This document shows, piece by piece, positions 9,016 through 17,144 of a stretch of 32,000 nt of DNA. The stretch is from Promethearchaeum syntrophicum. GTDB taxonomy: Archaea; Asgardarchaeota; Lokiarchaeia; Sigyniarchaeales; Promethearchaeaceae. The notes below the pieces were generated by a model that was not told the DNA's origin, made no database searches, and saw only the letters and a list, made by a program, of their open reading frames with translations. The DNA is taken from positions 1,920,001 to 1,952,000 of the forward strand of contig NZ_CP042905.2 in the NCBI RefSeq assembly GCF_008000775.2, in the 5' to 3' direction. Both the position numbers and the translations under genes were made by a program. Positions within the stretch are counted from its first letter, which is position 1; each line of letters begins with the position of its first letter.

Positions 9016-9065
9016 TTTTTTGCTTTTATTTCCATTTTGTTTTGGTTTATTTCCGCTCCCCACAA
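9016..9065 (-). repeat. right arm of an imperfect inverted repeat
   Basis: TTTTTTGCTTTTATTTCC (9016-9033) is the exact reverse complement of 8135-8152. TTTATTTCCGCTCCCCACAA (9046-9065) is the reverse complement of 8124-8143 with one mismatch. Confidence 0.75.
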
Positions 9066-9132
9066 TTGTATGGGTAAATTTTATGGTGAAAGAATATAAA
9101 AATGGGAGAAAAAAAGAAGACGTAGGTATAAC

Positions 9133-9927
9133 CTATCGGTGAAACGAGACCATCCATGGGTATGGGCTTGGTAGTGGGTACGAAATTTGCACAAAATCCG
9201 GTTTTAGTGCAAAGAACTGGTCGTAAATCTTTCTATTGAAATTGTAGCTTTCCAATAAGCTTTCCTGCACGAACGTCCAATAGTTATTTTGAAGGCGGTC
9301 CCCCCAGTTATAATTCACAAAAGGGTACTGAGTAGCCAGATTATATGTGGATTTTTTTTTCTGATAAAACCAAGTAAAATGATAGTTCGGAACATCGTTG
9401 ATGTAATTTCCGGTCCAATGGATTCCGAATGATCCTTGAATCATTGAAGCATACATTTGATTTGGCTTATTTGTCATACCCCATACTTCCCAATTTTTCC
9501 CATCTATAGGATGTTCATTAAACAGACTCTTCACGAAGTTTTCAAGCGAGAAATCGAAAATCGGGTCGTTGTATGCGTTGTGAAGCCCAATCATGAACCA
9601 TTTAAACTCGGTCTCGGTCATAAGTGGGAAGTCTTTACCGATATGTTGACAATTCCGAAGTATTTGCATTTTTTCGGTAGGAGAATTACAAATATAAATC
9701 ATCGGCATCTTGTCAGCAAGCAGTTGCCCAGCATCCCAATCCTTTGTCTCGATATAACCTCTCTCGTATCCTCCGATCCGTTCAATCGCAACCAGATCGG
9801 TAATTTTTCCTGCTCTATTTTTTAAAGAGAGAAGAAAATCGTAGAAGATGGGTTTATTTTGCGTGCGAAGCATCTGATCAGCGATCCTTAAAGACGTTGT
9901 CATCTTATGCGTTTCACTAAATGTCAC
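9133..9927 (-). CDS. orphan hypothetical protein, about 255-264 aa
   Basis: Long ORF, W/Y/N-rich globular composition, higher GC than its surroundings; no recognised family. The start may be the internal MTTSLRIADQ. Confidence 0.65.
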   Translation of the reverse strand: MTFSETHKMTTSLRIADQMLRTQNKPIFYDFLLSLKNRAGKITDLVAIERIGGYERGYIETKDWDAGQLLADKMPMIYICNSPTEKMQILRNCQHIGKDFPLMTETEFKWFMIGLHNAYNDPIFDFSLENFVKSLFNEHPIDGKNWEVWGMTNKPNQMYASMIQGSFGIHWTGNYINDVPNYHFTWFYQKKKSTYNLATQYPFVNYNWGDRLQNNYWTFVQESLLESYNFNRKIYDQFFALKPDFVQISYPLPSPYPWMVSFHR

Positions 9928-11454
9928 TTGAACGGTTTCATCCCCGTGAACAAAGAGAAGATAATCCCAATAACCAAGATGTCTTCCTCATTCAATTCCC
10001 CCATTTGGAATCAGACGTGGGATGGTTCTGCTTACGAGACTGGAACTTCGATCTGGAAGAATGAAAGTTATCTATATACAGCGGGATACACCAATAGTTT
10101 TGGAGCTGGATCTAGTGATCTCTTATTAATTAAATGGAATACTGATGGAAGCCAAATCTGGAATCGGACTTGGGGAGGCGAAGGAATAGAAGTTGGTGTA
10201 ACTGTCTGGGGAGATGAAAATTTTCTATATACAACAGGATACACCGACAGTTTTGGAGCGGGTAATTTTGATCTCTTTCTTATCAAATGGACCACTGAAG
10301 GAAATCAAATCTGGAATAGAACTTGGGGTGGTATGGACGACGATTTTGTTCGATCATTGTGGGGTGATGAAACATATTTATATACAACAGGATTGACAAA
10401 AAGTTTCAGCCCTGCAATATGTGATCTAGTCCTTATCAAATGGACCACTGAAGGAAATCAAATCTGGAATAGAACTTGGGGTGGTATGGATAGTGACATT
10501 GGTAATACTATCTGGGGGGATGAAAGTTTTCTATATACGACAGGATATACTAAAAGTTGTGGAAAAGGGGAAGGCGATCTTTTAATAGTTAAATGGGACA
10601 CCGATGGAACCCAAATCTGGAATCGGACTTGGGGTGGTACTCGTTTAGATTATGTTAATTCCGCATGGGGAAGTGGTTCGTATTTATATTTAACTGGTTA
10701 TACTGGAAGTTATAGTACTAATGATTATGACCTATTTCTAACAAAATGGGACATCGATGGAAATTTAATTTGGGAACAAATATTGAAAGGTTTTAATTAC
10801 GATAGAGGTAAATCTATTTGGAGTGATGGACTAAATTTATATGTACTTGGGACATTAAATACTTTGGGACCAAATATACGGGATTTCTTATTAATTAAAT
10901 GGGATACCGATGGTAACCAAATTTGGAACCAAACTTGGGGATACCCTGAAGATGATTTCGGCTATTCTATTTCGGGAGATGAAATATATTTATATCTGGT
11001 GGGGCATACTAAAAGTTCTTTTGTGAATGAGGGTGCTCTCTTTTTATCTAAAATTCATAAAACTGTTCTTCAAAAACCAATTTTCCAACACATTTCTCCA
11101 AATCCAGATCCCGATGGCAATATAACCTTGAATTGGAATAATGTTGCTGATGCTACATCTTACAGTCTTTATCGAAATACAAATCAAATTCCCAAAATAT
11201 CTGGTTTAGCACCGATTTCGGTATCTGCGACTACATCTTACTCAGACAATAATTTAACGAATAATACGTATTATTATGTAGTAGTTGCTAAAGATGAATA
11301 TCGAAAATCAGATATATCGAATTGTGAATTGGTGGAAGTGCAAATAGTCCCTCCGATTCCTAAAGAAGGTGGAATTTCTGGTTTTCCGTTTGGTTCTCTA
11401 TTATCTATTTGGAGTATGAGTATTATTTTCCTATTAGTAAAGAGAAGAAAATAG
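9907..11454 (+). CDS. beta-propeller (SBBP-like) surface protein with fibronectin type III-like domain and C-terminal sorting/TM segment
   Basis: Seven repeats of WNRTWGG...D.G..IWGDE..LYTTGYT.SFG.G..DL.LIKW.TDGNQI; FN3-like ITLNWNNVADATSYSLYRNTNQI...TYYYVVVAKDE; C-terminal GFPFGSLLSIWSMSIIFLLVKRRK. Confidence 0.85.
   Translation: MRFTKCHLNGFIPVNKEKIIPITKMSSSFNSPIWNQTWDGSAYETGTSIWKNESYLYTAGYTNSFGAGSSDLLLIKWNTDGSQIWNRTWGGEGIEVGVTVWGDENFLYTTGYTDSFGAGNFDLFLIKWTTEGNQIWNRTWGGMDDDFVRSLWGDETYLYTTGLTKSFSPAICDLVLIKWTTEGNQIWNRTWGGMDSDIGNTIWGDESFLYTTGYTKSCGKGEGDLLIVKWDTDGTQIWNRTWGGTRLDYVNSAWGSGSYLYLTGYTGSYSTNDYDLFLTKWDIDGNLIWEQILKGFNYDRGKSIWSDGLNLYVLGTLNTLGPNIRDFLLIKWDTDGNQIWNQTWGYPEDDFGYSISGDEIYLYLVGHTKSSFVNEGALFLSKIHKTVLQKPIFQHISPNPDPDGNITLNWNNVADATSYSLYRNTNQIPKISGLAPISVSATTSYSDNNLTNNTYYYVVVAKDEYRKSDISNCELVEVQIVPPIPKEGGISGFPFGSLLSIWSMSIIFLLVKRRK
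10006..11076 (+). repeat. seven tandem 153-bp coding repeats (51 aa each)
   Basis: The Trp codon of the (I)WN/IWE motif falls at 10006, 10159, 10312, 10465, 10618, 10771 and 10924, exactly 153 bp apart. Confidence 0.93.
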
Positions 11455-11771
11455 TCCTTGTAGTTTTTATCTTTTTTTTTTTATCGTATCTTTCAGAAAG
11501 TCTATAGTAATCATCAAATCTTTCTAATTTCATCAGAAATATTTAATGAATTAATTGGTAAAGACATGGTTTATGATAACAAACTTTTCCATACAATCTC
11601 CCTCCCTCCAGTTATTTCAATGATACTTTATCACAAATTTTTTGATAAATCGTTATTAAATTCTTCATCTCTTATTTTTTCTGTTTAGAATATAGGGAGA
11701 GACTATAAGAACTAAAGTTAAAATTAATTTTCTTAGATTATTTTGAAATTATAATTGAGTTTGATTAAAAG

Positions 11772-12311
11772 ATGGGATTAGAATGTAGCAAATGTGGATT
11801 AAAAATGGAGACCAAACCTCTAGATTGTGGGTATAGTATGACTATGAACAATGAAACCAACCAATGGGAATGTAATATGGGAAAATGTGGAGTAATTTCG
11901 TTTGAAAATTTTCTCTGTGAAAATTGTTGTGTCAACAGTAGTATAATGGAAATTTTTAATGGATTTGAGCGCTTAGCGAAAGAAAACCTTGAATTTCGTG
12001 AAGAATTAGAAGAGTTAAAAACGACTTTTGTTCAAATTAGTTTATCAAATCCCGATTTTACGTATTGGGTGGAATTTGGGAACTGTAAATTTAAAGTTGG
12101 ATGGGGAGAAATAAGTAATGCAACAATTAAAATTAGGTGCTCTCAAGACGTTTGGAGCAAAATTCTTTCTGGGAAAGCAGTAAGTTTTATCGAATTTTTC
12201 AAAAGAAATCTTAAAATTGAGGGAGATCTTCAATATGGGGTTTTATACCTTGATTTACTTGAATTAGCTTCGGAAATTAGCCAAGATAAAGGAGTGTTAA
12301 ATAATGAATAA
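11772..12311 (+). CDS. zinc-finger-like N-terminus plus SCP2-like domain
   Basis: N-terminus C..C.....C...C...C..C-type cysteines; C-terminus NATIKIRCSQDVWSKILSGKAVSFIEFFKRNLKIEGDLQYGVLYLDLLEL matches the SCP2 pattern (I..S.E....L.SGK......FM.GKLKI.GD......L..L). Confidence 0.7.
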   Translation: MGLECSKCGLKMETKPLDCGYSMTMNNETNQWECNMGKCGVISFENFLCENCCVNSSIMEIFNGFERLAKENLEFREELEELKTTFVQISLSNPDFTYWVEFGNCKFKVGWGEISNATIKIRCSQDVWSKILSGKAVSFIEFFKRNLKIEGDLQYGVLYLDLLELASEISQDKGVLNNE

Positions 12312-13056
12312 AACTGTCGTGTGGGGCCATAGGGGTGCGGGTTTTAGGGGAATCGAAAATACAATGCCATCATTTAAGAAAGCAGTTGATATGGGTGTTG
12401 ATGGTATTAAAACCGAAGCGCAACATTCAAAAGATGGGAAAATATTTTTGAGTTCTCAGGAAAGTTTAAAAAGAAATGGCGAATATGTAGCCTTTAAGGA
12501 TATGGATAGTAAAGAGATTAACAACTTAAGAACAGATAATAATAAAGAAGTTCTATCTCTCACTGAACTATTCAACGAATTTAAAGGTAAAAATATCCGT
12601 TATAATTTCGATATCAAAGAGCCTGAGATTGGTATAAAAATTATTGAAATTGCACGTCAGTTTAATTTAGTTGATAAAATCGAGTTAGCGAAAACAGCGA
12701 CGGATTCTTCTCCGCTGCCAAAAATCTTTGGTAAAATTAGAGAATTCGATCAGGATGTTACCTTAATAAATAGTTTATTTCTAAAGAATGCAACTAATGA
12801 GAAAAACCATCTCGAATTAGAGAGCATGCGAGAATTAAATATCCAAGGGATTAATGTGAAATATAATTATGCAAATTTTGAATTATTTAAATTGGTTAAA
12901 GACAACGGATTTAAATTCTATGTGTGGGGGGTCCTCTTTAATAGATCAATGCAAAAACTTTTAAAGATGAATTACAATGGTCAATCAGTAGATTCTATGA
13001 TGTCAAATTTTCCTGATCGATTAGTCCGATTAAGAAATAAATTTCAAACAAGCTAA
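12304..13056 (+). CDS. glycerophosphodiester phosphodiesterase-fold protein, probably catalytically altered
   Basis: VWGHRGAGFRGIENTMPSFKKAVDMGVDGIKTEAQHSKDGKIFLSSQE and late VWGVLFNRSMQKLLKMNYNGQSVDSMMSNFPDRL follow the GDPD layout, but key residues are substituted. Confidence 0.8.
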   Translation: MNKTVVWGHRGAGFRGIENTMPSFKKAVDMGVDGIKTEAQHSKDGKIFLSSQESLKRNGEYVAFKDMDSKEINNLRTDNNKEVLSLTELFNEFKGKNIRYNFDIKEPEIGIKIIEIARQFNLVDKIELAKTATDSSPLPKIFGKIREFDQDVTLINSLFLKNATNEKNHLELESMRELNIQGINVKYNYANFELFKLVKDNGFKFYVWGVLFNRSMQKLLKMNYNGQSVDSMMSNFPDRLVRLRNKFQTS

Positions 13057-13159
13057 GAATTTTTTAACTAGCAAATTTTTTTATCCTACTTTTACACCCA
13101 TAAAGATTATTGTAATTTTTTCCTTGATTTTGAGTAATTCTTCAAAATTCATTATTAAA

Positions 13160-13681
13160 TTAAGGTTTTATGAGGTTATTTAAAATATTTATTGCTTCTT
13201 CGGGTGTTTGAGCGTTAATTATTTCATCTTTTCTTTTATTATCGATTTTGCTATCTGCTAATTTTGCCGACCATCCACCAGTTGTGCTTAGTGAGACAAT
13301 TTTTTTGCCCATTTTCCAAGCAAAAGCAATTTCGCTTAATGTTCCACTCTCACCAGCGATTGTAATAATTGCATCTGCAGTGGATACTAAAATTAAATTG
13401 CGTGCTTCCCCCATCCCAGTCGGAATGATGAGATCAACATAACTATTGGCAGATTTTTTATCTAAACTAGGAAGGAACCCAATCGTAAAACCTTGCTCGG
13501 ATTTTGCCCCTTTACAGACTGCCTCCATTACACCAAATCGACCTCCACAAACTAAAGCAAAATTTTCCTTTGCAATTAATCTTCCCAATTTTTCGGCAGT
13601 TTTGTAGATTTCGTCATCTAATTCTCCAGAGCCAGAGCCTATTACTCCTATTAGACCATTAAATTCAGAAAACTGTTTCAA
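13160..13681 (-). CDS. LOG / lysine decarboxylase-like Rossmann protein (TIGR00725-type)
   Basis: IGVIGSG......A..LGRLIAKENFALVCGGRFGVMEAVCKGAK...TIGFLP.......ANSYVDLIIPTGMGEARNLILVSTADAIITIAGESGTLSEIAFAWKMGK. Confidence 0.88.
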   Translation of the reverse strand: MKQFSEFNGLIGVIGSGSGELDDEIYKTAEKLGRLIAKENFALVCGGRFGVMEAVCKGAKSEQGFTIGFLPSLDKKSANSYVDLIIPTGMGEARNLILVSTADAIITIAGESGTLSEIAFAWKMGKKIVSLSTTGGWSAKLADSKIDNKRKDEIINAQTPEEAINILNNLIKP

Positions 13682-14664
13682 AAATATTCCTCCAAAAGAA
13701 TTTCTTCATTTTCTCCATATTTTAAGCGAATTTCATTTTTATCTTGGACTTCTCCAATTTCATAGAATTTCATATTTGCATTATACACTAAGTCAATTAA
13801 TTCATTTTTCGTTTCATTTTTACCAGATATCAAAAATCCAGAGGTTAGAAACAAGAAAATGAATTGTTCAGTAGAAAATTGTAAATTATCTGAAATTATA
13901 TGTGATTCTAAAATATTTAAATCAATTTTTGCTCCTAGTTTCGCATATTGCATCATCTGGAATAAGGTTCCCAGAATCCCCCCATTGGATATATCCTTAC
14001 ATGCTGTAATATATTTCTTGTCAATTGCTGGGGATAAAAATGATCGTTTATGGAAAAATTCCTCACTGCTTTTCATAGTGATTGTGTTCCAATAATTTTT
14101 ATTTGTAGCTGACGTTTTTCCATCAGGATCCCAAACAACTGCTAAAAAATCACCTGAATTTGATCCTCCTGCTGATAAATAATGTTCTACTGTAGTATTT
14201 CCAATGATTGTCGAAGAGATTGCTAAAGATGGAGAATCTGTAGTTGTATGACCGCGAATTAATGGAGTTTTAAAAACTTTTGTTGCGTCTAATACCCCAG
14301 AAAAGATTTTTTTACCAATATTATCATCGCCATATGCAATTGTAATGGTACTTGCTAAAGGAGTTCCACCACAAGCAAAAATATCATCAATTCCAACATA
14401 AATCGCTGAAAAACCAGCACCATATGGGGATTTTTCGATAAATGTTGGGAGAAGTGCATCGGTTGTTAAAAGGATTAAATCTTTAGATGTGGGTGTTAGC
14501 TGAATTGCTGCTGAATCTTCACCATGACTTGCATAAATTTGTGAAGAATTATAGCCATTTGCGCGAATCTTTTCTAATATTGGTATTAATTTTCTCTTTT
14601 CTTGAATATTTCTTGAATTTTCAAATTTATCAACAATTGAATGTAAGTTCATCTCTTTAATCAT
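13678..14664 (-). CDS. AIR synthase-related (PurM-like) protein
   Basis: GEDSAAIQL....LILLTTDALLPTF....PYGAGFSAIYVGIDDIFACGGTPLAS...; later ACKDISNGGILGTLFQMM. This is the AIRS two-domain pattern. Confidence 0.85.
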   Translation of the reverse strand: MIKEMNLHSIVDKFENSRNIQEKRKLIPILEKIRANGYNSSQIYASHGEDSAAIQLTPTSKDLILLTTDALLPTFIEKSPYGAGFSAIYVGIDDIFACGGTPLASTITIAYGDDNIGKKIFSGVLDATKVFKTPLIRGHTTTDSPSLAISSTIIGNTTVEHYLSAGGSNSGDFLAVVWDPDGKTSATNKNYWNTITMKSSEEFFHKRSFLSPAIDKKYITACKDISNGGILGTLFQMMQYAKLGAKIDLNILESHIISDNLQFSTEQFIFLFLTSGFLISGKNETKNELIDLVYNANMKFYEIGEVQDKNEIRLKYGENEEILLEEYF

Positions 14665-14753
14665 TAGCTTTCATTTGTTATATGATTTTTTTAATTTTTT
14701 TTTTTTAATTTTTGCCTAAAATTTATCTATGATAACGCAAGATAATTCAATTA

Positions 14754-16280
14754 ATGAAAAAAAATTTACTCTTTCCATTTGACGATTTATTGGTTAAAGG
14801 AGCGATCTTTTCGATCTATGGAAGCATGGGTCCTGAGGCTGTTTTTTTTTATCCATTTCCTAGCGATTCAACATATTCTTTTCCAGAAATGGATAATCAT
14901 GCATCCAGTAAATTTGAACAAAGGAATTACATGCAAATTGCGGTTAAAAGTATTTCTTTGCTTTTAGTTGATTATTCTTTTGAAGATGAAAAGAATCTCC
15001 AACTGAAAGATGTTCATATATTTGGAGTTTTGCCCTATCCCGATTTAAATTGCATTGGTCTCACATATTTTACATATTTCTTCTCCCAAGAAAGAAAAAG
15101 GTTTATTCCTGTTTCTCTTTCATTACTAGTTCATGAAAATAAAAGGAGTTTTATCTATGATTCGATTAATCGGTTGAAAAAACCAACAAAGGATTTTACA
15201 CAATATTTAATCGAATTATGTATTAAAAATAAGATATATTCAGAACTTGAAGGACAAGATTATTGGGAAAATGTATTAACTAAATTTATTGATTTCTTTG
15301 GTGAAATTCAAAAAATACAGAATCAACCAATCAGCCCAATTACTAAAAAGAGAAGGATTAAGATATTATTTACAGGTTTGGAGAATACAGGAAAAACTAG
15401 TTTTATTTTAACAGTCAAACGAAAATTTAGCGGATTACCAACAATTTTACCGAGTACGGAACCAATGAACGAACCTTTAAATTTCTTAGGAACAACGATA
15501 ATGAAATGGGATATTCCGGGTAAAAAAGATTTCAGAAAAGCTATATTAGAAAATTCTGAATTATATTTATTTGAATCTGATGTTATTTACTATTTTATTG
15601 ATGTTATGGCCCCTAGAATAGATGAATCTCTTGAGTTTTTAGCGAAAGTTATGGATAAACTGCATGAATATGAGAGTAAAATTCCGATTGTCTTCATAAT
15701 TACGAAAGTTGATGAAGATGTCGCAGATTCCATTGAAATTAAAGATGCTATCGCTGAAATACGGCAATCACATCTAAAAATTATTGGAGATCATCCATAT
15801 AAATTCTTTAACACTTCCATATTTTCGATTTACTCAGTGTTAAATGCATTTTCATATGGACTTCGCAATCTATCCCCAAACCGGGAAATGATAGAACATC
15901 TTTTATGGGGATTTTTGGCTCGGAATGAATTTGTTACTGGTTTATTAGTCAATGAGAGCGGTTTAGTCCTTGCTGCACAACAAGTTAATGTCAAAGGACC
16001 AGAAGATGTCTTAAACCGTAAACAAATTTTTGAAATTGCCGCTCCACAATTTGCAATACTTGCTAAACAATTCCAAAGTTTTGATGATAAGATTAGTGAT
16101 ACAATAAAATACCAATTTTCGGAAAAAGATATAATCATTTTGAAGCGATTCATTGTTGAAGATTTTGCATTTTTCTATATATTTTATACAAAAAAACCAG
16201 AATCATTGAAAAATTTAGAAAAAAACTTTCCAGAATTTCTTGATCGGATAAGAAATCTTCTCTTGCTATATATTAAATAA
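14754..16280 (+). CDS. longin-like + Rag/Gtr-like GTPase with altered switch regions + roadblock-like domain
   Basis: N-terminus (VKSISLLL...FGVLPYPDLNCIGLTYFTYF...SLLVHENKRSFIYDS) parallels that of the 3543-4958 protein. G1 GLENTGKTS; G3 position WDIPGKKDFR; G4 TKVD; G5-region FFNTSIFSIYSVLNAFSYGLRNLSPN. Confidence 0.85.
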   Translation: MKKNLLFPFDDLLVKGAIFSIYGSMGPEAVFFYPFPSDSTYSFPEMDNHASSKFEQRNYMQIAVKSISLLLVDYSFEDEKNLQLKDVHIFGVLPYPDLNCIGLTYFTYFFSQERKRFIPVSLSLLVHENKRSFIYDSINRLKKPTKDFTQYLIELCIKNKIYSELEGQDYWENVLTKFIDFFGEIQKIQNQPISPITKKRRIKILFTGLENTGKTSFILTVKRKFSGLPTILPSTEPMNEPLNFLGTTIMKWDIPGKKDFRKAILENSELYLFESDVIYYFIDVMAPRIDESLEFLAKVMDKLHEYESKIPIVFIITKVDEDVADSIEIKDAIAEIRQSHLKIIGDHPYKFFNTSIFSIYSVLNAFSYGLRNLSPNREMIEHLLWGFLARNEFVTGLLVNESGLVLAAQQVNVKGPEDVLNRKQIFEIAAPQFAILAKQFQSFDDKISDTIKYQFSEKDIIILKRFIVEDFAFFYIFYTKKPESLKNLEKNFPEFLDRIRNLLLLYIK

Positions 16281-16292
16281 AAAAAAGAAGTC

Positions 16293-17012
16293 TTAATCAT
16301 AATCAGTTTTATAGGTAGAATCTTCTTGCGTTTTTTCTATTTTTTGTTCTTCTTCATCTTGAGAATTCTCAGAATTCATCGTTTCTGCTACTTTCTTATA
16401 ATCTGATCTCTCTTTGATCATCGCTTTTAATTCATCACCAATCCAGATCAAAGACATTATAAATTCTGGGACATATTTGTGCATGATAAGAACACAAGCA
16501 ACTGCTATAAATGAGCTGGCGGCAGAAATGGGATAATGAACCGAATCCCAATCCGCCCCACGTTGATATAGATATAATTGCAAAACCATTCTGAAAATAT
16601 TCACCACGTAAAATACTAATGAGGTTACCAACATTGCGATGATCTTTCTTTTCCAAATATCTTTACTTGTTTCTTTATTGATCGAATGTGGTACACAAAG
16701 AATAGCCCCAACAAAAATGGCGATTGCATGAACTCCTGTGCATAAAGTTTCAAAATGAATATCACTTCGCGTCCCAGGTAAATGGATTATCCACGGTTGA
16801 GTAAGATCATAATCATTAAAATATACGACATTTTCTGCACCGCTCAAAAGATTTAGAATCCAAATAGTTATTTTTGCAGATATTTCATGAAGCCAAACCC
16901 AATTATGTGAGATCCAAATTCCATAAGCAATTATTGGTGCTCCAATGAATAAAATTGCAATAGAAAGCCATTTAAAATCGTAATTTTTTCCTTCATATTC
17001 AATATTTCCCAT
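16293..17012 (-). CDS. archaeosortase/exosortase-family membrane protein with acidic C-terminal tail
   Basis: Multiple TM segments; catalytic-type motifs FETLCTGVHAIAIFVGAI (Cys), VVNIFRMVLQLYLY (Arg), SVHYPISAASSF (His). Confidence 0.8.
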   Translation of the reverse strand: MGNIEYEGKNYDFKWLSIAILFIGAPIIAYGIWISHNWVWLHEISAKITIWILNLLSGAENVVYFNDYDLTQPWIIHLPGTRSDIHFETLCTGVHAIAIFVGAILCVPHSINKETSKDIWKRKIIAMLVTSLVFYVVNIFRMVLQLYLYQRGADWDSVHYPISAASSFIAVACVLIMHKYVPEFIMSLIWIGDELKAMIKERSDYKKVAETMNSENSQDEEEQKIEKTQEDSTYKTDYD

Positions 17013-17144
17013 TGATCAAGAAATATTTTGTTATTTTTTTAATCTTCGTGTTTTCCAATATAATCGAAAAACACAAAATTTTTCATATAATGAATTAAAA
17101 ATACTAATTACAGAAATTAATGAAATTTAATATGTTGAATCTCC

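Noticed and set aside
9457-9825. Plus-strand 122-aa ORF
   Set aside because: Shadow ORF fully antisense to the longer 9133-9927 ORF; composition not convincing.
10068-10396. Short ORFs on minus strand (10068-10295) and plus strand (10214-10396) with apparent internal repeats
   Set aside because: They are by-products of the 153-bp coding repeats in the overlapping propeller gene.
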